Source: Auanema rhodensis
Lineage: Eukaryota > Animalia > Nematoda
NCBI GenBank assembly: GCA_964057225.1
Contig: OZ059895.1
Location: forward strand, 3,782,001-3,846,000
Direction: 5' to 3'
DNA length: 64,000 nucleotides
Shown: piece after piece, positions 46,821 to 61,800 of the stretch
Numbering within the stretch: the stretch's first letter is position 1
Layout of the letters: every line of letters begins with the position of its first letter
Notes under the pieces: model-generated
Told to the model about the DNA's origin: nothing
Database searches by the model: none
Seen by the model: the letters and a program-made list of their open reading frames with translations, nothing else
Position numbers and translations under genes: made by a program

Positions 46821-49800
46821 AAACTTTGATTAAGAACTTTGATTTTTGTACACCCATAAATTACACGCAGCACAGGTTACCCTTAATTAATGAACTGACC
46901 GACTAATCAGACATGGATCTTTCCAAGTTCTGTTGCTTGAACGGATGTTTTCCTACGTAGGCTAGTAAAACATGCCCTTCAAAGCATCAGAACATGTGAC
47001 CACATTCCAATTTTTTTGTATCTATCTTGTAAAGATAGTAATATATCATATGTTGAACACTATGTTGGAAAGATTTTAATTCAGATTTTCTAACTTTTAT
47101 TCAGTTTGTTTTTTAAACTTTGATTAAGAACTTTGATTTTTGTACACCCATAAATTATACGCAGCACAGGTTACCCTTAAATAATGAACTGACCGACTAA
47201 TCAGACATGGATCTTTCCTAGTTCTGCTGCTTGAATGGATGTTTTCCTACGTAGGCTAGTAAAACATGCCCTTCAAAGCATCAGAACATGTGATCACATT
47301 CCAATTTTTTTGTATCTATCTTGTAAAGATAGTAATAAACTTTGATTTTTGTACACCCATAAATTATACACAGCACAGGTTACCCTTAAATAATGAACTG
47401 ACCGACTAATCAGACATGGATCTTTCCTAGTTCTGTTGCTTGAATGGATGTTTTCCTACGTAAGCTAGTAAAACATGCCCTTCAAAGCATCAGAACATGT
47501 GATCACATTCCAATTTTTTTGTATCTATCTTGTAAAGATAGTAATATATCATATGTTGAACACTATGTTGGAAAGATTTTAATTCAGATTTTCTAACTTT
47601 TAATCAGTTTGTTTTTTAAACTTTGATTAAGAACTTTGATTTTTGTACACCCATAAATTATACGCAGCACAGGTTACCCTTAAATAATGAACTGACCGAC
47701 TAATCAGACATGGATCTTTCCTAGTTCTGTTGCTTGAATGGATGTTTTCCTACGTAGGCTAGTAAAACATGCCCTTCAAAGCATCAGAACATGTGATCAC
47801 ATTCCAATTTTTTTGTATCTATCTTGTAAAGATAGTAATATATCATATGTTGAACACTATGTTAGAAAGATTTTAATTCAGATTTTCTAACTTTTAATCA
47901 GTTTGTTTTTTAAACTTTGATTAAGAACTTTGATTTTTGTACACCCATAAATTATACGCAGCACAGGTTACCCTTAAATAATGAACTGACCGACTAATCA
48001 GACATGGATCTTTCCTAGTTCTGTTGCTTGAATGGATGTTTTCCTACGTAGGCTAGTAAAACATGCCCTTCAAAGCATCAGAACATGTGATCACATTCCA
48101 ATTTTTTTGTATCTATCTTGTAAAGATAGTAATAAACTTTGATTTTTGTACACCCATAAATTACACGCAGCACAGGTTACCCTTAATTAATGAACTGACC
48201 GACTAATCAGACATGGATTTTTCCAAGTTCTGTTGCTTGAACGGATGTTTTCCTACGTAGGCTAGTAAAACATGCCCTTCAAAGCATCAGAACATGTGAC
48301 CACATTCCAATTTTTTTGTATCTATCTTGTAAAGATAGTAATATATCATATGTTGAACACTATGTTGGAAAGATTTTAATTCAGATTTTCTAACTTTTAT
48401 TCAGTTTGTTTTTTAAACTTTGATTAAGAACTTTGATTTTTGTACACCCATAAATTATACGCAGCACAGGTTACCCTTAAATAATGAACTGACCGACTAA
48501 TCAGACATGGATCTTTCCTAGTTCTGTTGCTTGAATGGATGTTTTCCTACGTAGGCTAGTAAAACATGCCCTTCAAAGCATCAGAACATGTGATCACATT
48601 CCAATTTTTTTGTATCTATCTTGTAAAGATAGTAATATATCATATGTTGAACACTATGTTGGAAAGATTTTAATTCAGATTTTCTAACTTTTAATCAGTT
48701 TGTTTTTTAAACTTTGATTAAGAACTTTGATTTTTGTACACCCATAAATTATACGCAGCACAGGTTACCCTTAAATAATGAACTGACCGACTAATCAGAC
48801 ATGGATCTTTCCTAGTTCTGTTGCTTGAATGGATGTTTTCCTACGTAGGCTAGTAAAACATGCCCTTCAAAGCATCAGAACATGTGATCACATTCCAATT
48901 TTTTTGTATCTATCTTGTAAAGATAGTAATATATCATATGTTGAACACTATGTTAGAAAGATTTTAATTCAGATTTTCTAACTTTTAATCAGTTTGTTTT
49001 TTAAACTTTGATTAAGAACTTTGATTTTTGTACACCCATAAATTATACGCAGCACAGGTTACCCTTAAATAATGAACTGACCGACTAATCAGACATGGAT
49101 CTTTCCTAGTTCTGTTGCTTGAATGGATGTTTTCCTACGTAGGCTAGTAAAACATGCCCTTCAAAGCATCAGAACATGTGATCACATTCCAATTTTTTTG
49201 TATCTATCTTGTAAAGATAGTAATATATCATATGTTGAACACTATGTTGGAAAGATTTTAATTCAGATTTTCTAACTTTTATTCAGTTTGTTTTTTAAAC
49301 TTTGATTAAAAACTTTGATTTTTGTACACCCATAAATCATACGCAGCACAGGTTACCCTTAAATAATGAACTGACCGACTAATCAGACATGGATCTTTCC
49401 TAGTTCTGTTGCTTGAATGGATGTTTTCCAACGTAGGCTAGTAAAACATGCCCTTCAAAGCATCAGAACATGTGATCACATTCCAATTTTTTTGTATCTA
49501 TCTTGTAAAGATAGTAATATATCATATGTTGAACACTATGTTGGAAAGATTTTAATTCAGATTTTCTAACTTTTATTCAGTTTGTTTTTTAAACTTTGAT
49601 TAAAAACTTTGATTTTTGTACACCCATAAATTATACGCAGCACAGGTTACCCTTAAATAATGAACTGACCGACTAATCAGACATGGATCTTTCCTAGTTC
49701 TGTTGCTTGAATGGATGTTTTCCAACGTAGGCTAGTAAAACATGCCCTTCAAAGCATCAGAACATGTGATCACATTCCAATTTTTTTGTATCTATCTTGT

Positions 49801-52800
49801 AAAGATAGTAATAAACTTTGATTTTTGTACACCCATAAATTATACGCAGCACAGGTTACCCTTAAATAATGAACTGACCGACTAATCAGACATGGATCTT
49901 TCCAAGTTCTGTTGCTTGAACGGATGTTTTCCTACGTAGGCTAGTAAAACATGCCCTTCAAAGCATCAGAACATGTGACCACATTCCAATTTTTTTGTAT
50001 CTATCTTGTAAAGATAGTAATATATCATATGTTGAACACTATGTCGGAAAGATTTTAATTCAGATTTTTTCAACTTTCACTCAGTTTGTTTTCTAAACTT
50101 TGATTAAGAACCTTGTTGTTTGTACACCCATAAATTATACGCAGCACAGGTTACCCTTAATTAATGAACTGACCGACTAATCAGACATGGATCTTTCCTA
50201 GTTCTGTTGCTTGAATGGATGTTTTCCTACGTAGGCTAGTAAAACATGCCCTTCAAAGCATCAGAACATGTGACCACATTCCAATTTTTTTGTATCTATC
50301 TTGTAAAGATAGTAATATATCATATGTTGAACACTATGTCGGAAAGATTTTAATTCAGATTTTTTCAACTTTCACTCAGTTTGTTTTCTAAACTTTGATT
50401 AAGAACCTTGTTGTTTGTACACCCATAAATTATACGCAGCACAGGTTACCCTTAATTAATGAACTGACCGACTAATCAGACATGGATCTTTCCTAGTTCT
50501 GTTGCTTGAATGGATGTTTTCCTACGTAGGCTAGTAAAACATGCCCTTCAAAGCATCAGAACATGTGACCACATTCTAATTTTTTTGTATCTATCTTGTA
50601 AAGATAGTAATATATCATATGTTGAACACTATGTTGGAAAGATTTTAATTCAGATTTTCTCAACTTTCACTCAGTTTGTTTTCTAAACTTTGATTGAGAA
50701 CTTTGATTTTTGTACACCCATAAATTATACGCAGCACAGGTTACCCTTAAATAATGAACTGACCGACTAATCAGACATGGATCTTTCCAAGTTCTGTTGC
50801 TTGAACGGATGTTTTCCTACGTAGGCTAGTAAAACATGCCCTTCAAAGCATCAGAACATGTGACCACATTCCAATTTTTTTGTATCTATCTTGTAAAGAT
50901 AGTAATATATCATATGTTGAACACTAAGTTGGAAAGATTTTAATTCAGATTTTTTCAACTTTCACTCAGTTTGTTTTCTAAACTTTGATTAAGAACCTTG
51001 TTGTTTGTACACCCATAAAATATACGCAGCACAGGTTACCCTTAAATAATGAACTGACCGACTAATCAGACATGGATCTTCCCAAGTTCTGTTGCTTGAA
51101 TGGATGTTTTCCTACGTAGGCTAGTAAAACATGCCTTTCAAAGCATCAGAACATGTGATCACATTCCAATTTTTTTGTATCTATCTTGTAAAGATAGTAA
51201 TATATCATATGTTGAACACTATGTTGGAAAGATTTTAATTCAGATTTTTTCATCTTTCACTCAGTTTGTTTTCTAAACTTTGATTAAGAACCTTGTTGTT
51301 TGTACACGCATAAGATATACGCAGCACAGGTTACCCTTAATTAATGAACTGACCGACTAATCAGACATGGATCTTTCCTAGTTCTGTTGCTTGAATGGAT
51401 GTTTTCCAACGTAGGCTAGTAAAACATGCCCTTCAAAGCATCAGAACATGTGATCACATTCCAATTTTTTTGTATCTATCTTGTAAAGATAGTAATATAT
51501 CATATGTTGAACACTATGTTGGAAAGATTTTAATTCAGATTTTCTAACTTTTATTCAGTTTGTTTTTTAAACTTTGATTAAAAACTTTGATTTTTGTACA
51601 CCCATAAATTATACGCAGCACAGGTTACCCTTAAATAATGAACTGACCGACTAATCAGACATGGATCTTTCCTAGTTCTGTTGCTTGAATGGATGTTTTC
51701 CAACGTAGGCTAGTAAAACATGCCCTTCAAAGCATCAGAACATGTGATCACATTCCAATTTTTTTGTATCTATCTTGTAAAGATAGTAATAAACTTTGAT
51801 TTTTGTACACCCATAAATTATACGCAGCACAGGTTACCCTTAAATAATGAACTGACCGACTAATCAGACATGGATCTTTCCAAGTTCTGTTGCTTGAACG
51901 GATGTTTTCCTACGTAGGCTAGTAAAACATGCCCTTCAAAGCATCAGAACATGTGACCACATTCCAATTTTTTTGTATCTATCTTGTAAAGATAGTAATA
52001 TATCATATGTTGAACACTATGTCGGAAAGATTTTAATTCAGATTTTTTCAACTTTTATTCAGTTTGTTTTTTAAACTTTGATTAAGAACTTTGATTTTTG
52101 TACACCCATAAATTATACGCAGCACAGGTTACCCTTAAATAATGAACTGACCGACTAATCAGACATGGATCTTTCCTAGTTCTGTTGCTTGAATGGATGT
52201 TTTCCAACGTAGGCTAGTAAAACATGCCCTTCAAAGCATCAGAACATGTGATCATATTCCAATTTTTTTGTATCTATCTTGTAAAGATAGTAATAAACTT
52301 TGATTTTTGTACACCCATAAATTATACGCAGCACAGGTTACCCTTAAATAATGAACTGACCGACTGATCAGACATGGATCTTTCCTAGTTCTGTTGCTTG
52401 AATGGATGTTTTCCTACGTAGGCTAGTAAAACATGCCCTTCAAAGCATCAGAACATGTGATCACATTCCAATTTTTTTGTATCTATCTTGTAAAGATAGT
52501 AATATATCATATGTTGAACACTATGTTGGAAAGATTTTAATTCAGATTTTCTAACTTTTATTCAGTTTGTTTTTTAAACTTTGATTAAGAACTTTGATTT
52601 TTGTACACCCATAAATTACACGCAGCACAGGTTACCCTTAAATAATGAACTGACCGACTAATCAGACATGGATCTTTCCTAGTTCTGTTGCTTGAATGGA
52701 TGTTTTCCTACGTAGGCTAGTAAAACATGCCCTTCAAAGCATCAGAACATGTGACCACATTCTAATTTTTTTGTATCTATCTTGTAAAGATAGTAATATA

Positions 52801-55800
52801 TCATATGTTGAACACTATGTTGGAAAGATTTTAATTCAGATTTTTTCAACTTTCACTCAGTTTGTTTTCTAAACTTTGATTGAGAACTTTGATTTTTGTA
52901 CACCCATAAATTATACGCAGCACAGGTTACCCTTAAATAATGAACTGACCGACTAATCAGACATGGATCTTTCCAAGTTCTGTTGCTTGAACGGATGTTT
53001 TCCTACGTAGGCTAGTAAAACATGCCCTTCAAAGCATCAGAACATGTGACCACATTCCAATTTTTTTGTATCTATCTTGTAAAGATAGTAATATATCATA
53101 TGTTGAACACTAAGTTGGAAAGATTTTAATTCAGATTTTTTCAACTTTCACTCAGTTTGTTTTCTAAACTTTGATTAAGAACCTTGTTGTTTGTACACCC
53201 ATAAAATATACGCAGCACAGGTTACCCTTAAATAATGAACTGACCGACTAATCAGACATGGATCTTCCCAAGTTCTGTTGCTTGAATGGATGTTTTCCTA
53301 CGTAGGCTAGTAAAACATGCCCTTCAAAGCATCAGAACATGTGATCACATTCCAATTTTTTTGTATCTATCTTGTAAAGATAGTAATAAACTTTGATTTT
53401 TGTACACCCATAAATTATACGCAGCACAGGTTACCCTTAAATAATGAACTGACCGACTAATCAGACATGGATCTTTCCAAGTTCTGTTGCTTGAACGGAT
53501 GTTTTCCTACGTAGGCTAGTAAAACATGCCCTTCAAAGCATCAGAACATGTGATCACATTCCAATTTTTTTGTATCTATCTTGTAAAGATAGTAATATAT
53601 CATATGTTGAACACTATGTTGGAAAGATTTTAATTCAGATTTTCTAACTTTTATTCAGTTTGTTTTTTAAACTTTGATTAAGAACTTTCATTTTTGTACA
53701 CCCATAAATTATACGCAGCACAGGTTACCCTTAATTAATGAACTGACCGACTAATCAGACATGGATCTTTCCAAGTTCTGTTGCTTGAACGGATGTTTTC
53801 CTACGTAGGCTAGTAAAACATGCCCTTCAAAGCATCAGAACATGTGACCACATTCCAATTTTTTTGTATCTATCTTGTAAAGATAGTAATATATCATATG
53901 TTGAACACTAAGTTGGAAAGATTTTAATTCAGATTTTTTCAACTTTCACTCAGTTTGTTTTCTAAACTTTGATTAAGAACCTTGTTGTTTGTACACCCAT
54001 AAAATATACGCAGCACAGGTTACCCTTAAATAATGAACTGACCGACTAATCAGACATGGATCTTCCCAAGTTCTGTTGCTTGAATGGATGTTTTCCTACG
54101 TAGGCTAGTAAAACATGCCCTTCAAAGCATCAGAACATGTGATCACATTCCAATTTTTTTGTATCTATCTTGTAAAGATAGTAATAAACTTTGATTTTTG
54201 TACACCCATAAATTATACGCAGCACAGGTTACCCTTAAATAATGAACTGACCGACTAATCAGACATGGATCTTTCCAAGTTCTGTTGCTTGAACGGATGT
54301 TTTCCTACGTAGGCTAGTAAAACATGCCCTTCAAAGCATCAGAACATGTGATCACATTCCAATTTTTTTGTATCTATCTTGTAAAGATAGTAATATATCA
54401 TATGTTGAACACTATGTTGGAAAGATTTTAATTCAGATTTTCTAACTTTTATTCAGTTTGTTTTTTAAACTTTGATTAAGAACTTTCATTTTTGTACACC
54501 CATAAATTATACGCAGCACAGGTTACCCTTAATTAATGAACTGACCGACTAATCAGACATGGATCTTTCCAAGTTCTGTTGCTTGAACGGATGTTTTCCT
54601 ACGTAGGCTAGTAAAACATGCCCTTCAAAGCATCAGAACATGTGACCACATTCCAATTTTTTTGTATCTATCTTGTAAAGATAGTAATATATCATATGTT
54701 GAACACTATGTTGGAAAGATTTTAATTCAGATTTTCTAACTTTTATTCAGTTTGTTTTTTAAACTTTGATTAAGAACTTTGATTTTTGTACACCCATAAA
54801 TTATACGCAGCACAGGTTACCCTTAAATAATGAACTGACCGACTAATCAGACATGGATCTTTCCTAGTTCTGTTGCTTGAATGGATGTTTTCCTACGTAG
54901 GCTAGTAAAACATGCCCTTCAAAGCATCAGAACATGTGATCACATTCCAATTTTTTTGTATCTATCTTGTAAAGATAGTAATAAACTTTGATTTTTGTAC
55001 ACCCATAAATCATACGCAGCACAGGTTACTCTTAAATAATGAACTGACCGACTTATCAGACATGGATCTTTCCTAGTTCTGTTGCTTGAATGGATGTTTT
55101 CCTACGTAGGCTAGTAAAACATGCCCTTCAAAGCATCAGAACATGTGATCACATTCCAATTTTTTTGTATCTATCTTGTAAAGATAGTAATATATCATAT
55201 GTTGAACACTATGTTGGAAAGATTTTAATTCAGATTTTTTCAACTTTCACTCAGTTTGTTTTCTAAACTTTGATTAAGAACTTTGATTTTTGTACACCCA
55301 TAAATTATACGCAGCACAGGTTACCCTTAAATAATGAACTGACCGACTAATCAGACATGGATCTTTCCTAGTTCTGTTGCTTGAACGGATGTTTTCCTAC
55401 GTAGGCTAGTAAAACATGCCCTTCAAAGCATCTGAACATGTGATCACATTCCAATTTTTTTGTATCTATCTTGTAAAGATAGTAATATATCATATGTTGA
55501 ACACTATGTTGGAAAGATTTTAATTCAGATTTTTTCAACTTTCACTCAGTTTGTTTTCTAAACTTTGATTAAGAACTTCGATTTTTGTACACCCATAAAT
55601 TATACGCAGCACAGGTTACCCTTAAATAATGAACTGACCGACTAATCAGACATGGATCTTTCCTAGTTCTGTTGCTTGAATGGATGTTTTCCTACGTAGG
55701 CTAGTAAAACATGCCCTTCAAAGCATCAGAACATGTGATCACATTCCAATTTTTTTGTATCTATCTTGTAAAGATAGTAATAAACTTTGATTTTTGTACA

Positions 55801-58800
55801 CCCATAAATTATACGCAGCACAGGTTACCCTTAAATAATGAACTGACCGACTAATCAGACATGGATCTTTCCAAGTTCTGTTGCTTGAACGGATGTTTTC
55901 CTACGTAGGCTAGTAAAACATGCCCTTCAAAGCATCAGAACATGTGACCACATTCCAATTTTTTTGTATCTATCTTGTAAAGATAGTGATATATCATATG
56001 TTGAACACTATGTTGGAAAGATTTTAATTCAGATTTTTTCAACTTTCACTCAATTTGTTTTCTAAACTTTGATTAAGAACCTTGTTGTTTGTACACCCAT
56101 AAAATATACGCAGCACAGGTTACCCTTAAATAATGAACTGACCGACTAATCAGACATGGATCTTCCCAAGTTCTGTTGCTTGAATGGATGTTTTCCTACG
56201 TAGGCTAGTAAAACATGCCCTTCAAAGCATCAGAACATGTGATCACATTCCAATTTTTTTGTATCTATCTTGTAAAGATAGTAATATATCATATGTTGAA
56301 CACTATGTTGGAAAGATTTTAATTCAGATTTTCTAACTTTTATTCAGTTTGTTTTTTAAACTTTGATTAAGAACTTTGATTTTTGTACACCCATAAATTA
56401 TACGCAGCACAGGTTACCCTTAAATAATGAACTGACCGACTAATCAGACATGGATCTTTCCTAGTTCTGTTGCTTGAATGGATGTTTTCCTACGTAGGCT
56501 AGTAAAACATGCCCTTCAAAGCATCAGAACATGTGATCACATTCCAATTTTTTTGTATCGATCTTGTAAAGATAGTAATATATCATATGTTGAACACTAT
56601 GTTGGAAAGATTTTAATTCAGATTTTCTAACTTTTATTCAGTTTGTTTTTTAAACTTTGATTAAGAACTTTGATTTTTGTACACCCATAAATTATACGCA
56701 GCACAGGTTACCCTTAAATAATGAACTGACCGACTAATCAGACATGGATCTTTCCTAGTTCTGTTGCTTGAATGGATGTTTTCCTACGTAGGCTAGTAAA
56801 ACATGCCCTTCAAAGCATCAGAACATGTGATCACATTCCAATTTTTTTGTATCGATCTTGTAAAGATAGTAATATATCATATGTTGAACACTATGTTGGA
56901 AAGATTTTAATTCAGATTTTTTCATCTTTCACTCAGTTTGTTTTCTAAACTTTGATTAAGAACCTTGTTGTTTGTACACCCATAAATTATACGCAGCACA
57001 GGTTACCCTTAAATAATGAACTGACCGACTAATCAGACATGGATCTTTCCTAGTTCTGTTGCTTGAATGGATGTTTTCCTACGTAGGCTAGTAAAACATG
57101 CCCTTCAAAGCATCAGAACATGTGATCACATTCCAATTTTTTTGTATCTATCTTGTAAAGATAGTAATATATCATATGTTGAACACTATGTTGGAAAGAT
57201 TTTAATTCAGATTTTCTAACTTTTATTCAGTTTGTTTTTTAAACTTTGATTAAAAACTTTGATTTTTGTACACCCATAAATTATACGCAGCACAGGTTAC
57301 CCTTAAATAATGAACTGACCGACTAATCAGACATGGATCTTTCCTAGTTCTGTTGCTTGAATGGATGTTTTCCAACGTAGGCTAGTAAAACATGCCCTTC
57401 AAAGCATCAGAACATGTGATCACATTCCAATTTTTTTGTATCTATCTTGTAAAGATAGTAATATATCATATGTTGAACACTATGTTGGAAAGATTTTAAT
57501 TCAGATTTTCTAACTTTTATTCAGTTTGTTTTTTAAACTTTGATTAAAAACTTTGATTTTTGTACACCCATAAATTATACGCAGCACAGGTTACCCTTAA
57601 ATAATGAACTGACCGACTAATCAGACATGGATCTTTCCTAGTTCTGTTGCTTGAATGGATGTTTTCCAACGTAGGCTAGTAAAACATGCCCTTCAAAGCA
57701 TCAGAACATGTGATCACATTCCAATTTTTTTGTATCTATCTTGTAAAGATAGTAATAAACTTTGATTTTTGTACACCCATAAATTATACGCAGCACAGGT
57801 TACCCTTAAATAATGAACTGACCGACTAATCAGACATGGATCTTTCCTAGTTCTGTTGCTTGAATGGATGTTTTCCTACGTAGGCTAGTAAAACATGCCC
57901 TTCAAAGCATCAGAACATGTGATCACATTCCAATTTTTTTGTATCTATCTTGTAAAGATAGTAATAAACTTTGATTTTTGTACACCCATAAATTATACGC
58001 AGCACAGGTTACCCTTAAATAATGAACTGACCGACTAATCAGACATGGATCTTTCCAAGTTCTGTTGCTTGAACGGATGTTTTCCTACGTAGGCTAGTAA
58101 AACATGCCCTTCAAAGCATCAGAACATGTGACCACATTCCAATTTTTTTGTATCTATCTTGTAAAGATAGTAATATATCATATGTTGAACACTATGTTGG
58201 AAAGATTTTAATTCAGATTTTCTAACTTTTAATCAGTTTGTTTTTTAAATTTTGATTAAGAACTTTGATTTTTGTACACCCATAAATTATACGCAGCACA
58301 GGTTACCCTTAAATAATGAACTGACCGACTAATCAGACATGGATCTTTCCTAGTTCTGTTGCTTGAATGGATGTTTTCCTACGTAGGCTAGTAAAACATG
58401 CCCTTCAAAGCATCAGAACATGTGATCACATTCCAATTTTTTTGTATCTATCTTGTAAAGATAGTAATAAACTTTGATTTTTGTACACCCATAAATTATA
58501 CGCAGCACAGGTTACCCTTAAATAATGAACTGACCGACTAATCAGACATGGATCTTTCCAAGTTCTGTTGCTTGAACGGATGTTTTCCTACGTAGGCTAG
58601 TAAAACATGCCCTTCAAAGCATCAGAACATGTGACCACATTCCAATTTTTTTGTATCTATCTTGTAAAGATAGTAATATATCATATGTTGAACACTATGT
58701 CGGAAAGATTTTAATTCAGATTTTTTCAACTTTCACTCAGTTTGTTTTCTAAACTTTGATTAAGAACCTTGTTGTTTGTACACCCATAAAATATACGCAG

Positions 58801-61800
58801 CACAGGTTACCCTTAAATAATGAACTGACCGACTAATCAGACATGGATCTTCCCAAGTTCTGTTGCTTGAATGGATGTTTTCCTACGTAGGCTAGTAAAA
58901 CATGCCTTTCAAAGCATCAGAACATGTGATCACATTCCAATTTTTTTGTATCTATCTTGTAAAGACAGTAATAAACTTTGATTTTTGTACACCCATAAAT
59001 TATACGCAGCACAGGTTACCCTTAAATAATGAACTGACCGACTAATCAGACATGGATCTTTCCTAGTTCTGTTGCTTGAATGGATGTTTTCCTACGTAGG
59101 CTAGTAAAACATGCCTTTCAAAGCATCAGAACATGTGATCAAATTCCAATTTTTTTGTATCTATCTTGTAAAGATAGTAATATATCATATGTTGAACACT
59201 ATGTTGGAAAGATTTTAATTCAGATTTTCTAACTTTTATTCAGTTTGTTTTTTAAACTTTGATTAAAAACTTTGATTTTTGTACACCCATAAATTATACG
59301 CAGCACAGGTTACCCTTAAATAATGAACTGACCGACTAATCAGACATGGATCTTTCCTAGTTCTGTTGCTTGAATGGATGTTTTCCTACGTAGGCTAGTA
59401 AAACATGCCCTTCAAAGCATCAGAACATGTGATCACATTCCAATTTTTTTGTATCTATCTTGTAAAGATAGTAATAAACTTTGATTTTTGTACACCCATA
59501 ATTTATACGCAGCACAGGTTACCCTTAAATAATGAACTGACCGACTAATCAGACATGGATCTTTCCAAGTTCTGTTGCTTGAACGGATGTTTTCCTACGT
59601 AGGCTAGTAAAACATGCCCTTCAAAGCATCAGAACATGTGACCACATTCCAATTTTTTTGTATCTATCTTGTAAAGATAGTGATATATCATATGTTGAAC
59701 ACTATGTTGGAAAGATTTTAATTCAGATTTTTTCAACTTTCACTCAATTTGTTTTCTAAACTTTGATTAAGAACCTTGTTGTTTGTACACCCATAAAATA
59801 TACGCAGCACAGGTTACCCTTAAATAATGAACTGACCGACTAATCAGACATGGATCTTCCCAAGTTCTGTTGCTTGAATGGATGTTTTCCTACGTAGGCT
59901 AGTAAAACATGCCCTTCAAAGCATCAGAACATGTGATCACATTCCAATTTTTTTGTATCTATCTTGTAAAGATAGTAATATATCATATGTTGAACACTAT
60001 GTTGGAAAGATTTTAATTCAGATTTTCTAACTTTTATTCAGTTTGTTTTTTAAACTTTGATTAAGAACTTTGATTTTTGTACACCCATAAATTATACGCA
60101 GCACAGGTTACCCTTAAATAATGAACTGACCGACTAATCAGACATGGATCTTTCCTAGTTCTGTTGCTTGAATGGATGTTTTCCTACGTAGGCTAGTAAA
60201 ACATGCCCTTCAAAGCATCAGAACATGTGATCACATTCCAATTTTTTTGTATCGATCTTGTAAAGATAGTAATATATCATATGTTGAACACTATGTTGGA
60301 AAGATTTTAATTCAGATTTTCTAACTTTTATTCAGTTTGTTTTTTAAACTTTGATTAAGAACTTTGATTTTTGTACACCCATAAATTATACGCAGCACAG
60401 GTTACCCTTAAATAATGAACTGACCGACTAATCAGACATGGATCTTTCCTAGTTCTGTTGCTTGAATGGATGTTTTCCTACGTAGGCTAGTAAAACATGC
60501 CCTTCAAAGCATCAGAACATGTGATCACATTCCAATTTTTTTGTATCGATCTTGTAAAGATAGTAATATATCATATGTTGAACACTATGTTGGAAAGATT
60601 TTAATTCAGATTTTTTCATCTTTCACTCAGTTTGTTTTCTAAACTTTGATTAAGAACCTTGTTCTTTGTACACCCATAAATTATACGCAGCACAGGTTAC
60701 CCTTAAATAATGAACTGACCGACTAATCAGACATGGATCTTTCCTAGTTCTGTTGCTTGAATGGATGTTTTCCTACGTAGGCTAGTAAAACATGCCCTTC
60801 AAAGCATCAGAACATGTGATCACATTCCAATTTTTTTGTATCTATCTTGTAAAGATAGTAATATATCATATGTTGAACACTATGTTGGAAAGATTTTAAT
60901 TCAGATTTTCTAACTTTTATTCAGTTTGTTTTTTAAACTTTGATTAAAAACTTTGATTTTTGTACACCCATAAATTATACGCAGCACAGGTTACCCTTAA
61001 ATAATGAACTGACCGACTAATCAGACATGGATCTTTCCTAGTTCTGTTGCTTGAATGGATGTTTTCCAACGTAGGCTAGTAAAACATGCCCTTCAAAGCA
61101 TCAGAACATGTGATCACATTCCAATTTTTTTGTATCTATCTTGTAAAGATAGTAATATATCATATGTTGAACACTATGTTGGAAAGATTTTAATTCAGAT
61201 TTTCTAACTTTTATTCAGTTTGTTTTTTAAACTTTGATTAAAAACTTTGATTTTTGTACACCCATAAATTATACGCAGCACAGGTTACCCTTAAATAATG
61301 AACTGACCGACTAATCAGACATGGATCTTTCCTAGTTCTGTTGCTTGAATGGATGTTTTCCAACGTAGGCTAGTAAAACATGCCCTTCAAAGCATCAGAA
61401 CATGTGATCACATTCCAATTTTTTTGTATCTATCTTGTAAAGATAGTAATAAACTTTGATTTTTGTACACCCATAAATTATACGCAGCACAGGTTACCCT
61501 TAAATAATGAACTGACCGACTAATCAGACATGGATCTTTCCTAGTTCTGTTGCTTGAATGGATGTTTTCCAACGTAGGCTAGTAAAACATGCCCTTCAAA
61601 GCATCAGAACATGTGATCACATTCCAATTTTTTTGTATCTATCTTGTAAAGATAGTAATAAACTTTGATTTTTGTACACCCATAAATTATACGCAGCACA
61701 GGTTACCCTTAAATAATGAACTGACCGACTAATCAGACATGGATCTTTCCTAGTTCTGTTGCTTGAATGGATGTTTTCCTACGTAGGCTAGTAAAACATG

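Noticed and set aside
35605-46857. Short ORFs crossing LTR borders (35605-35835, 46308-46505, 46612-46857)
   Set aside because: They span LTR/UTR or LTR/satellite junctions and have no motifs; chance ORFs.
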